From contig OX597817.1 in the NCBI GenBank assembly GCA_951406725.2, forward strand, positions 114,514,001 to 114,578,000: 64,000 bases of DNA. Direction: 5' to 3'. The translations under genes were made by a program, and so were the position numbers. The notes under the pieces were generated by a model. It had not been told where the DNA came from. It ran no database searches and saw nothing but the letters and a program-made list of their open reading frames with translations. This DNA comes from Octopus vulgaris. Lineage: Eukaryota. Numbering within the stretch: the stretch's first letter is position 1; the number at the start of each line of letters is the position of its first letter. Below, piece after piece: positions 26,478-39,494 of this stretch.

Positions 26478-28247
26478 GGGCATATGGTGTAGTGGTTAAG
26501 AGCATGAGCTACTAACCCCAAGATTCCGAGTTCAATTTCAGGCAGTGACCTGAATAATAATAATAATAATAAATTAGACCAAAGCCAAACTTACAAATAT
26601 TTAGGAATCCATGAACTAGATAAGACACAACACACAAAAATGAAAGAGAAAATAAAGAAAGAATACCATAGACGAGTTAGATCAATACTAAAAACAGAGC
26701 TCAATGCTAAAAACAAGATAATAGGTATTAACACTTTAGCTGTCCCAGTTATAAGTTACAGCTACTATATCCTTAACTGGACACTAAATGAACTAACCAA
26801 AATAGATAGGAAAACAAGAAAAATAATGACAGGATCTAGGATGCATCACCCAAAATCTGACAGAAAGGCTAAATATACAACGTATAGAAGGTGGTAGAGG
26901 CCTTATACTGCTGGAAAACTATTATAAAATAACCACCATAGGAGTGCAAAAATTTCTACTTCAGAAGGAAGGAAAACTAATACAAATAGCGGCAAAACAC
27001 GAGCAAAACAAAAAACCGTTCTCAATATTTAAGGAAACTGACAAATACAAGCAAGAAATCATACCACCTAACAAATATGAAGAAGAAGAAGAAGAAGAAG
27101 AAGAAGAAGAAGAAACAAAAGCTATAAAACAAATGAAATCCAAACTAAAACTAGAACAGCAACGGACCATGATACAACGATGGCAAGAAAAGCCTCTTCA
27201 TGGCAAATACTGGACTAAACTAAATGCAAAAGAAATAGACGAAGAAAAATCCCAGCAATGGTTGAGTAGCTCAGGACTCAAAGCGGAGACAGAGGGATTT
27301 TTAATTGCAGCACAAGACCAAAGCCTCCCCACCAGAAATTACCAAAAACGTATTATGAAAAGAAATATAACAACTGCAGAATATGTGGAGATGGACAAGA
27401 AACAATAAATCATATAATCTCTGGCTGCTCAGTCCTGGCTAAGAAGGAATATATTCACAGACATGACAGAGTTGGGACCTACATACACTGGAAGCTATGC
27501 CAACATTATGGAATAACAACAGAAAAAAGATGGTATAGGCACACACCAGAAAAGGTCACAGAAAACGAGAAAGCAACCATGCTCTGGGATATGCCAATAC
27601 ACACAGATAGAGAAATTAAGGCCAACAGACCAGATATAGTTGTCAGAGATCATGAAGAAAAAAAAATGTTTTTTAATTTATGTATCAATACCAGCAGATG
27701 ACAACGTGTCTCTAAAAGAAATGGAGAAACTTTCAAAATACAAAGACCTGGAAATAGAGGTAACTAGAATGTGGAATCTAAAAACAGAAACAATTCCTAT
27801 CACAGTATCATGCATTAGGCATGATAAAAAATATTCAGACAAATACATAACAAAAACACCAGGACTTACACATAACATCCAGAAAATTGCACTACTAGGC
27901 ACTACACACATCCTACGCAAAACACTTTCAATACAGTAACCATCAGAGCATCACAACAAATCACAGCACATACCCAAGGCACACAGAGCTGCGCTCGGTA
28001 GTGAAGTGAAAGCACACTATAAAAATAAGACTGCTAAATAATAATAATAATGATAATAATAATAATAATAATAATAACAACATCGAAAAATAATTTAGGT
28101 TCAAAATTTCCCCAAGACACCTAATGAAGGCTGGAAGGTATAGCAGCTGTAACGTGTTAACAACAAACAAGATGAGGACAAATATCCGTCAATTGTAAAT
28201 AATGTAAATAATGTACATAATTCCTCATCTCTTAAATATAGAACTGT
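26478..28247 (+). mobile_element. tRNA-derived SINE split by a LINE (head 26478-26552, tail ~28081-28247)
   Basis: Head has A box TGGTGTAGTGG and B box GAGTTCAATTTC, followed by (TAA)n. (TAA)n resumes at 28037-28080 after the LINE, then a unique tail with a decayed hammerhead-like motif at 28117-28157. That head and tail are one element is inference. Confidence 0.65.
26573..28036 (+). mobile_element. 5'-truncated R4/Dong-clade non-LTR retrotransposon (RT C-terminus, CCHC knuckle, restriction-like endonuclease), frameshifted
   Basis: YKYLGI..NAKNKIIGINTLAVPV..DRKTRK..HHPKSD..GGRGL; WQEKPLHG..ETEGFLIAAQDQSL; CRICGDGQETINHIISGC..RHD; RPDIVV..K..KYKDL. Stop at 27939, short 3' UTR, flanked on both sides by (TAA)n. 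Confidence 0.9.
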
Positions 28248-28771
28248 ACAATGACTAGGTTTCATTAGAGAATGAAAATAGTATCACACTTTCAATTTCA
28301 ACCGAAATTTCAGTGTTCGATTATGAGACTGATGATGAGTGAATAATGAAAGTAATGTTTCTCCGAATTAGATACATCTGTATTATAATAAAGAAAGTTG
28401 GTTAGGCAATCTTTTGTTTTGACTTGCAGAGCTGTCATCTGCGTTCATTAATTTCTGTAAAAAAATTTTTATTTACTTTTGTCTTAAAGTGAGAGGAGAA
28501 AATGAAATATGTATGTACGTGCATGTGAAATGGACATATGTGTTTGTGTGTGTGAGAGAGAGAGAGAGAGGAAGAGAGAGAGGAAGGGAGAAAGATAGAG
28601 AGAGAGAGGAAAAGAGAAAGAGAGAGAGACCGAAGGGGTTTGTTGTCATGTATATGTACATACATCAATACAAACTCATACATCTTTTTTTGTATGTACA
28701 TGTGTACGTGAGAGAGTGAGGGAGAGAGAGAGTGAGGGAGAAAGAGAGTGAGTGAACGTGTGTATTCTTGT

Positions 28772-28808
<37 letters not shown>

Positions 28809-29239
28809 CCATTTCTTATACGCGTTCATTGGTCAAAGCTGACCATTGAATTGTACATATGTGAGCTATCTGCACATGTATGTGCCATTTGCATATGTGT
28901 GTGCCATCTGCATATGCATGTGCTAGTTGCATCTGTGTGTGTGAATTAATCATGTATTATCTTGTAACTTTGAGACTTTAATGATGTGACTGCTTATTTT
29001 TATAAAGACATTGGCGTTAGGAAGGGCATCCAGCCGTAGAAACACTGCCAGATCTGACTGGGCCTGATGCAGCCTTCCGGCTTCACAGACCCCAGTTGAA
29101 CCGTCCAACCCATGCTAGCATGGAAAACGGACGCTAAATGATGATGATGATGATGATGATGATGATTGTGGTGTAAGTGTCAAAGGCTAGATCTGTTTGA
29201 TTTGAGTGTAAAGCAAGTAGAATATTTGGGCCTGTGTAA

Positions 29240-29447
29240 CCCTTTTGATACCAAGCTGCCTGAGACTGACCCTGGCTCTGTGGTACAAACATCTTGTTTT
29301 CAAGAGTCTTGAATTAAAATCTTCCATCAGAACTTGGTGTTAATTTATAATCTAAACACCAAAGTTATTTTGCTAAATTCTTCATTATTTTCGAAATTAA
29401 TTGAAGTAATGACAGAATATCTCAACAGAAATATGGTAACAAAAGGG
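29240..29447. mobile_element. MITE with CCCTTTTG..CAAAAGGG termini
   Basis: Inverted termini CCCTTTTGATACCA and TGGTAACAAAAGGG with TTAA-like flanks. Nested within or adjacent to other MITE pieces (28940-29235, 29477-29930). Confidence 0.65.
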
Positions 29448-29534
29448 TTATGTGTTAAAGAGTCAATTAGATTTAACCCTTTAACATTCAGATTATTCTG
29501 TCAAATGTAATGCTTATTTATTCACAGGGCTTTA

Positions 29535-29775
29535 TTCACATGCAGTAGCCGCAGGCTGGAATAGGCCATGTGGCAGGCCCTGTACCAAATGGCTGGACAT
29601 GATTGGGGAAGATCTCCAGAGGCTCAACATCACCTTGTATGATGCAAAGGGGTTGGCAGGAGAGCACCAGCAATGGAAAGCACTGGGTGGACCTGGTTGA
29701 CTCTACGCAGGATGATGTTTCTGGGACCATTAATCTGGGATGATCCCAGTCCCATGAAGCAAGAGCAAGCAAGCA
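29535..29775 (+). mobile_element. RTE-clade LINE 3' fragment nested in a TTAA MITE
   Basis: Translates GWNRPCGRPCTKWLDMIGEDLQRLNITL..QWKAL (RTE C-terminal GRP..W motif) and has a (GCAA)n tail. MITE sequence lies on both sides (29477-29530 and ~29790-29930). Confidence 0.7.
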
Positions 29776-30204
29776 GCACACCTTACCTTGTTGCTTTGAG
29801 ATTTTGATGATGTAATTGACTGTCTTAGAATAACATTGTAGCATAGGCACAAGAGACTGGATCTAGCTGGTTTGAACATAGAACACAGAATATTTGGGCA
29901 GGATATGATCAGTTTAACTGCTGAAGTGAAACATTTGAACGTACTCATCTTTTGTTCGCCCACACTAAAATCTCACCTTCATGGTTAGCAGCAACATTGG
30001 TGTTAATATATATATATAGTCACTGGAAATAAAACACATTTCTGGTTAAGTTTTTTCCTGAAACTGGAAATTGTTATTTCATTTAACATGAACTTCAGTA
30101 TTTAAACCCTAAACTCTAACAACACTCCTCTATATGTAATATCAGATGTCAAGTATTGGAATCAGTGATTTTTTCATTAAAATTGCACTTTCTTTTCCCT
30201 TTCA

Positions 30205-30251
<47 letters not shown>

Positions 30252-30412
30252 CTTCTCTCACCTTTTCAAATAATAAAATTCAATCCCTTTCCTAGATCTG
30301 ACTACTACAAATGAAATACAGATAAACATACACACACATACATACATACACACATATGTATACATCATGTATGTGTGTACACACACACATATATATCACT
30401 TACATATATGTG

Positions 30413-30457
<45 letters not shown>

Positions 30458-30617
30458 GTATGTATGTATATACTCTCACATACAAATATGTAAGTACATA
30501 CGTGTGTGTGCTCAAGTTTATATACACATGTACTGTTGATGCATATATGAATATCTTTGGATCTATCTATCATATCTATTTTACTATTTTTTCTATCTGT
30601 CTGTTTTCTCCCTCTCT

Positions 30618-30651
<34 letters not shown>

Positions 30652-30653
<2 letters not shown>

Positions 30654-30841
30654 GAAATATTAAAATAACTAAGTCTCTCTAAAAGAGAACAGCGGCAGCG
30701 TTCCGGAAAATAATAGTTATCGCCATACTAATATGGCATTCTTATAAAAATAAGAAAAAAGATGGCCTCATGGAGCTAATAAGCGGACAGCTTTTTTCTT
30801 ATTTTTATAAGAATGCCATATTAGTATGGCGATAACTATTA
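30652..30841. repeat. Short element in (TA)n containing a hairpin with 50-bp arms
   Basis: 30711-30760 is the reverse complement of 30792-30841. Both ends (TAGAAATATTAAAAT.ACTAAG and TATTAGTATGGCGATAACTATT) recur at 63375-63461. Confidence 0.85.
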
Positions 30842-30881
30842 TATATATATATATATATATAAACATGTATGTAAATATGTA

Positions 30882-30927
<46 letters not shown>

Positions 30928-31150
30928 TATATACATACATACATACATCTATATCATACATATAGCATACACCTGTACACACAAGGTATACTACACCTCA
31001 CTCATGCAGTATGTGCAGTTGTTTGGTTATTAATTTCCTACAGCACACACCTTTAGCATCAGTACTCCATGAAATTACTGATTAAACCTGATGATGAAAT
31101 AAGGAAATTACTTGCTGAACATTATAGGACCTAATTCCAAATTTTCATTG

Positions 31151-31194
<44 letters not shown>

Positions 31195-31306
31195 TTCTCT
31201 CACTGTCTCTCTCTTTCTCTCTCTCCCCCTCCATTTCCATTACTATAATTATTATTATCATTATTGCCCTCCCCCCTCCTCCTCCTCCTCCTCCTCCTCA
31301 TCATCC

Positions 31307-31346
<40 letters not shown>

Positions 31347-34300
31347 TGCTGTTGTTGGTGGTGTTGTTATCGTATTTTGACATGAACGGATGTGTTATTC
31401 AGACTGTTCTCAGAAATTGGATTATTACCAAGTTTTATTGGATGAACATTTTCTTTCTTGCTTTTTTTTTGTTTTTCTATTTTTTTTTTATGGTTATTTT
31501 ACAAACAAGAAGAAGATGTCCAAATGTTTTGGATGTCCATCCCAATACCTTTGGTAGACAGAAAGTCTGTCTCTTAGACATTAGTTTTATTTATCCGAAA
31601 GATTTTTTTCTTATATTTACACTCCGTTCTATATTGGTGGTGGTGGTTGAGATAGAACAAATAATCACAAAAATGGGAGAAGCATTTAATATAACTCTCA
31701 CCCGCTGAAAGCAATACCTCAAAATGTATTTTCAATTGACAAAAATGAATTTAAAATTATAGAAAAACAGAATTTAAAAGAATATTTCAATGAAACAAAG
31801 AATTATACTTACAAACACAGACAGTCACAACTTGACATCTGAGAATGCATATTTAATAGCAACAAACAAAGTACTAACAACAACAACAACAACAACAATA
31901 TACAACAGCAACTATAACAATAACACAAACTTGTACATTGTTAACAAAAGTACTAAAAATGGTTCCTTTGCTAGCATTACAAGCCATAGTAAGATTTAGT
32001 ATGTGGATCAAATCCAGTCCCAGAAACAGACATGGTAGCTGTATGTCATGAAAAATGTGTACCTCTTTGCCTGAAGAATTTTTTCAAAGGACAGACAAGA
32101 AGGATAATGACCTGTGTCTCCTTATGAAAGTCAAAGAAGTCTTTGATATGACCTCAAACGAACAGTCAAAGGAAATCCTAGATCATGTTTACCATAACAC
32201 GTCTTCCTTTTGCATGAGTAGGGAATGTGGAAGCGTGTTCCATTTTCAAAACTGAGTACAAAGTGAGGTATCCAAAAAGTCTTCCCCATGTATTGTACCA
32301 GATTGTGAGCAAAAGCTTCACACACCTGGTACCATAAAATGTGGGATTACATAACATGGGAGTCACAACAAGAGATATTAATGGAAACATTAATCCTTGG
32401 TTCATCATCACCTGTATGGTTCATCCCAACCACACCACCACCACCACTACCACCAAGATGATGTGGGATTCATGGTTCTTCAAATCACAAATGAAGAGCT
32501 AATGGATATACTGGATAGTATATATGAAAAAGAAGGAAACACTTTGTTGAAAGAGTAGGAAATAGGGTAGTTCAAGTCTTCAGCACTTGATTGTAGAGAT
32601 TAATAGTGAAAACTACATCAACAGCCTATGAATAACTATATTGTTTAACCACAAAGAGGATGTTGAGTTTTATCTTAAGTCATCCATTATTAGAGGAAGG
32701 TAATATTTGTTGCTCTGATCCAACCAAAGTGAAAGCTTCTCATCTATGTGGGTAAATTAGTCTTTTTTTTTCATTTTATTTATATTCTTTAATTTATATC
32801 TGAATGAAAGAATTGTTTAATTGGTAATATCATTGAGCACCTCACAAAATCCCTTGCAGTCTGGCTCATTATGTTTTTAATTCAAATCAGGCCAAGACTG
32901 ACTTTGTCTTTCATCTTCCCAAGGTTAAAATATATAGTATGTTCTGGAATCTAACTAACTCCACTCCTAAATCTGTTATCCATGTATTCATATATTCATT
33001 TCCTTATTTGTGCAAATTTAAAACATTTTATTATATCATAATATAATGTTTAATGTTCTTGGCTGATACCTTATTTTCTATTATCACATATATACATCCC
33101 ATATGCCTTTGGAATTCTCTTTTCTAACATTTTGTAAATATGAATGGGCTTGGTGGCAGAATAGAAGAAAGACCATCTTCCTGCTCAACCATGTGGTCAA
33201 AGAAATACCTCTTTCTAAAGGAACTGTTATCACTGAGCAGCTGGTATTCTTTGATAACATCATTGATCTGTCTTGACTATAACAGCCTACCTTCCGGTAG
33301 CCATCTTGGACTTCTTGTATCTCTCTGTATAGCAACCCAAAGCCTGAAAGAGTCAGGCTTCTGTTTGAGGCCTGCAAAACTTTAAGTCATATGGAACCAT
33401 ATCAAACTGTTATAAGTAATATATATAACTCCCATTAAATGTGTTGAGTGCCCTTTTGTTTGTTCACTCACTTGTATATATAAAAAAGGTAAAGACCCCA
33501 TTTGGTCATGAGTGACCATGGGATTGCATCAAGAAGGTTCCCCTCTGAGGCATGAGTCTGGACAAGGTTGTTTATAGAAGACCAGTAGTTGTTCATACAT
33601 ACCAGTCTCTCCTTCCCATACCACTGATGTTATCTAAGGGAAAAGCAAAGCCCAATACAGCTTAGCACCAGTGACATCACAACTCATTTCTACAGCTGAG
33701 TGAACAGGAGCAACATGAGATGAAGTGTCTTGCTCAAGAACACAGCACACAGCCTGTCTGGGAATTGAAATCACTACCTCATAATTGTGAGCTCAATGCT
33801 CTAACCACTGAGACATGCTTCCACAGTTTCCATCTATCAAATTCACTCACAAGCATTGGTTCACCTGAGGCTGTAGTTGAACATACTTACCCAAGGTGAT
33901 GTGCAATGGGTCTGAACCCAAAACCACATGGTTGCAAAGCAAGCTACTAAACCATATAGCTATGCCTGCACCTATTTTCTTACTTTAATTGAAAACTAGT
34001 GGTAGGTGCCAACTAGAGATGAATCCTTACAATTTAGAAATTACTAAAGATTAGATTTAGCATAGAGTGACCATCTGCTCTGAAAATAGCATTTGAATAT
34101 GTCTCCCACTTTAATATATTAAATTAGCATCATCCTGTGGTTCTGCTATTAATACCTAAATAATTATGATCTGTATTGTATTTTTCCAAATTTGGAATAT
34201 GTATAATTCTTATCTCAATACCTTGCTCACCACCCACAACCTATAAAAGGACAAATACTCACACAAAATTTTTTAAAAAATGAAAAAATAATAATTGTAG

Positions 34301-34882
34301 CATTCTACAAAGTCCTCTGTATAGTTTAAAACCATTGTTTGACCTTTAACTTTTATAGGTCAAATGTATAACTTAGAAAATTATATTCTATAGAAAAATG
34401 ACCTATTACTTTTGAAAAGTTTGTTTCGTGTATTATAAGTAACCATGCAACTATATAGAAATAAATAAAAGTCAAAAATTCGCTGTCTTTCAAATATTTC
34501 TCAAGTAATGCACAATTATGTGTGCATATGTATGTATGTATGTGTGTATATATGTGTGTGTGTATATATATGTATATGGACATGGACATGTGTGTTTGTG
34601 TATATGTATACATGTATATATATAGATATGTAAGTATATGTGTCACAATGTATTTTTTGAATATATGTACATACACATATATAAATATCTATATTTATGT
34701 GCATGTGTGTGTATATATAACATATGTATATATATATATATATATGCACATATACATATACATACATATATATATGTATATATATACATACACATATATG
34801 AGTGTATGTCATAAAAATTAAAAATATATTTAATAAAAAAAGATATGCATAGCATGTATGAATAAATGTATGCATGTGTGTA

Positions 34883-34935
<53 letters not shown>

Positions 34936-35348
34936 TTAAACTTACACCCATATATGTGTATATGCTGTGTGTGTATACATAGGCTATTTGCAAAATTTAT
35001 TCTTATTTTCTTGAATACAATGAAGCCAGTTAGTGAGTGACAAGCTCCTTGAAAGACTAGACAAAAGTTTTGGAGATTTTTGAAATTCTATGTATGTTTC
35101 AATTTTCTTCTTCTTCTCTCAAGAATTCAATAACCTTGTAAATAAGCATCTGCAAGAAAGAAACTTCCTTTGTTGAAGTACAGACATGGCTGTATGGTAA
35201 AGAAGTTCACTTTGGAACCATGGGCGGGGACATTGGGTGTCTTCAACCATAGACTTGAATTGAGTTGAATTCAGTAGAAGGAAACTATGTGAGTGTCTAT
35301 TGTTTGAGTGTGCATTGTGTGTGTGTGTGTATTTTTGTGTTTGTGTGT

Positions 35349-35445
<97 letters not shown>

Positions 35446-35509
35446 TATGTCTATGTTGTTAGTCCATATCTATTTCTTTCTCTTTCTCTCTCTGACACAC
35501 ACATATGCT

Positions 35510-35542
<33 letters not shown>

Positions 35543-36455
35543 ACCTATCTATCTACTTACCCACTTGCCTATCAACCAACTGATAACCAAGTAACCATCC
35601 AACCAAACTACTTACTATAATCATGGATTGTATTACTGAATTATTATCAAAATTAGTGGGTCCCAAACACGTTCAAGATCTTCTTTCCATTTTCTGCTGA
35701 ACTCTATCTTCCTTTCTTCATTCATCAGCTCCTGTTAGAGACATAGAGGCTCCATCATGCTATACAGCATGTCTGAAGCATCTAGATCTGCTAAAGCTCA
35801 AATCCTTCCTTGTTCTGACCACAACGAATTGCGAAATGCAGACAGAAAAGGAATTGACCCCAGTACTAGACTGGTTCTGTATTCATGAAAGTTCAAAGGT
35901 CAAAAGACAAATTTGACCTTAGTGGATTTAAGGCATTTTAAATTTGCCTTGCAGCCATGGAGTTTTGGGTTCAGTCCCATTGCATGGCCCCTTGAGCAAG
36001 TATCTTCTATAATCCTGGACTGACCAATGCCTTGTGAGTGAATTTGGTTGATGGAAACTATGGACCGAGAGCAAAACAGCATGGTTGCAAAGCAAGCTTC
36101 TTAACCACACAGGCAAACTCTGACAGGATAAAAGGCAAAGTTGGCTTCTGTAGGATCTGGGTTTCGAATGCCAAGAACCATAAAGAATACCAGAAGACAT
36201 TCTATCCAATGTTCTTACCATATTACAAATATCCATTTACCATGTTACAGATGTCAACTTTAGAAATTCCAAACTTTTGAAATGATTTTTTGAAATTAAT
36301 TGAAACATGCATAAACAGGATATTTCATTAGTGAATGAATAGAATAGAATTAATCCTAAATGGCACATGCCAGTGAGAGAGCTGCTATGCTATACTTTCT
36401 ACAATATAAAAAAAAATGCTGCCAAATCTCTGTCAAATGACATCTTACAAGTTAA

Positions 36456-36674
36456 CCGTTTAGCATTCAAAATATTCTGTCAAATGTAATGCTTATTTAT
36501 TCATATTGTTTTGAATTAATCATGCATTATCTTGTAGCTTTGTGGTTTTGATGATGTGATTGTTTATTTTTAGAATGACATTATGAATAGATGGCACAAG
36601 CCAGATCTAGCCAGTTTGAACACAAAACAGGTTGAATATTTTGGCCGGATATGGCCAGTTTGAAAGCTAAAGGG
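36456..36674. mobile_element. Intact TTAA-flanked MITE (~220 bp)
   Basis: TTAA|CCGTTTAGC ... GCTAAAGGG|TTAA. The body matches the interrupted copies at 23864-24602 and 29477-29930. Confidence 0.85.
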
Positions 36675-38023
36675 TTAAACATATGCATTGGATAATGTAA
36701 TTAGATACAACATACCTTAAAAAGAAGAGAAATAGAAAAAAAATTGGTGATCATTGCTACAATACCTTTGATCAAGTTCTGCTCAATCACGTCTAACCTT
36801 GAGCTAAGCAAGTAAACAAGCAGGAAAAACAGAAGACAAAAAATCACATCCCCCAAATCCATGAATCACGTCGCATCTAATTTGGGGCTAACAATAAAAC
36901 ACATTCGAGATGTAAAAGCTACATGCTCTACAAATTATTTGTAAATTTTTGTGTTTTCTATAAATATATACATCTTTATACATCTTTGTTTTTTATTTTG
37001 ATGAGTTTATTTATGTTTGTATATATGAGGCAATTAGCCAAATTTAACACATACTATGTTTTTTTGTGTTTTCTATCCTGGAGAAATGTGTCGGTTCTTT
37101 TGTGTCACTTGCATTTGATAAAAAAAGTTTTAATTGACAAGTTCTACCCATGTTCTTTGTTTTGAAGTCTGTAGAGGAATTCTAAATGAATGGTGTGTTT
37201 TGTAAATTCATTTTGGCAATCTTATGAATTCTTCTAAAAGCATCTTACTTTAGATAAAGGTAAACGTGTTACAGAAGTTTTGAAAAATACTGGTTACATG
37301 AGTTATGTGTTACACACAAACTAGGCTCTTCTTTTTCTGCGTCAGACAGGTGAATGATCCTTAGTGACAACTTTAACAATTACTGTGTGTTTGTCATGGA
37401 ATTTTCATTACTTACTTAACTTACATAGGCCCCTTTTTTGTTCTGTCTAGAGAGGGTCATTATACCAATATAATTAACACACACACACACTGGTTCAATT
37501 CTACTCATTAAATATCCAATTGTTTTGTTTTTGTCAAATCGCTTTCAGTGCTTCTTGCAATCTTCTCAATGACTTAGTCTGTTATAGAAGCAAACCAGAT
37601 ACAAAAGCAAAGTTAAGTAAGTCCTTTGCTCCCTGTGGGGCATAATCAATCATTGACTTTTGTCATCTGCTCTCAACTCTGGGCTGTCTTTTTAGATTTC
37701 CTGAGGGAATTCCTTCCTGTCCTGGGTCTTGTTGGTTTTTGAATTGTCATTGATTCTTCTGTAATTTTGCTTGTTTGCTAGGTAGGAGAGTTGGCCCTAT
37801 GCCAACCCATTTTTACCACCTGGAAGAGATGGTCCATATTATCCTGGCCTTTCCATCATGGAAAACTTCACTAGGAACTTGCACTCTTACTGGTATGACT
37901 CTTAGAGCCAGTGAAGCACACAAGACACCACACTACAACAAAAATTGGACTTTATGGTGGATGGAATTTTCATGGGAAAATGTAAAGATTATTTTCTTAT
38001 TGCCTCACTTTAGGTTTTCTTTT

Positions 38024-38063
<40 letters not shown>

Positions 38064-39494
38064 TTTTTTTACAATGCATCATATTGTTAGTTGGGACAAA
38101 TTTGCCATACCTGCTTGGACACTGGAAATATACAGGGCTAAAATAAATATTGTGTAAAATCTTTCTCTTATACTCTAACAATTGTGTCAGTCTGCTGTCC
38201 TGGACCAGTATTATATTTTATCAACCCTCTAGAGGCAGGTAATATAGAAATCACCTTTTCAAGATTGGAACTTGGAACATAAAAATCTGCTGGAACAAAT
38301 ATGGCAAGGCATTTTGTGCAATGTTCTATTGATTCTGTTAATTCAATCCTACAAAATTGTTGATGTGTGACTTATTCTACCTTTTCTTTACATGTCACAA
38401 GTATTTAAAGTGACACTTGGAAACATTCTGGTCATTTTTACAACGACTAAGCACTGATTGGTGCAGAACTAAGAAGACCTTACATGTTGATGACAGTTTC
38501 ACTGTGGTATGAATTGAATTTCATGACAAATTTTGGGAAGTAGCCACTGACTCTAATGAAGAATTGTATGAAGAATCTGCACAAGATTTGATGTACACTC
38601 GCTACATCTCATCTCATTTCCTCATTGACAAAAATGATGACAAGAACGTTAGACAAGATATGTTATAAACGAAAGAATTAGAAAAGCTTTTTAATAATCT
38701 AAAATATGTTGCAAAATATCTGTGGTAGAAAGAAAAAACACAGACTCTGTATTATTGATATTTAGTAATACAGCTTTGTGTTTTAAAAGCCTTTATTTTT
38801 AGTTTTGTTTATAACACATTTTGTGATAATCTATTTCTTTTCTCTTGTTAGTACAGAGTATTTCTGTCATTCAGGAGGATATCTCTCTCCAGTGATATAA
38901 AACTGCCATCATAAATATTTGTTATGCGTAAATAAAAGTGAGATAATCACACATCAACAAGTGATACAAAGTTTGTCAGGCAACAAACTGGTAGAATAGT
39001 TATAGATTGTACAAAATGCCTTGCAGTATTTGTTCTGGCATTTCTCAGAGATATCTTTATCCAATATATTAATGTTTTTATAATACAGCTATGTCTAGAA
39101 AGGCTAGATTCCAGCTTGTAAGCTGTTGCTCAATTTGTATATAAATATAGTATTCATTCCATTGCCGTATATCATAATTCATGTTGGGTGATAGATGCAA
39201 TCTTTTGTTCAGTTTAACACAGCCACCTGGTTCTTGGGTGCTTTTAATGGAATTCAATCTGTTGCGAGTACATGGACCAGCTATCCAGTTACAGGATAAT
39301 TTACTCTCACCAAATCTTACAGACCTTACTAAAAATATTTGGGCAATGAAATATCATATATTCCTTTATTCTTTTATTCACTCTGGACTCTTGGCTGTGA
39401 CCATACTGGGGCACCTGTATTAAGGTACTGGAACATATATATTTAGCGCTATGTTTAAATCCATAGACTTAGCTTTTCATCTCTCTGGGATTAA

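Noticed and set aside
26478-26552. tRNA gene (also the tRNA-like heads near 1500-1585, 6530-6594 and 6905-6970)
   Set aside because: A and B boxes are present but there is no clean cloverleaf or T-run terminator. Each runs into a SINE body.
31112-31708. 198-aa ORF with apparent hydrophobic segments
   Set aside because: Built from (TC)n, (CCT)n, (TCA)n and T-rich tracts. Low complexity with no domain.
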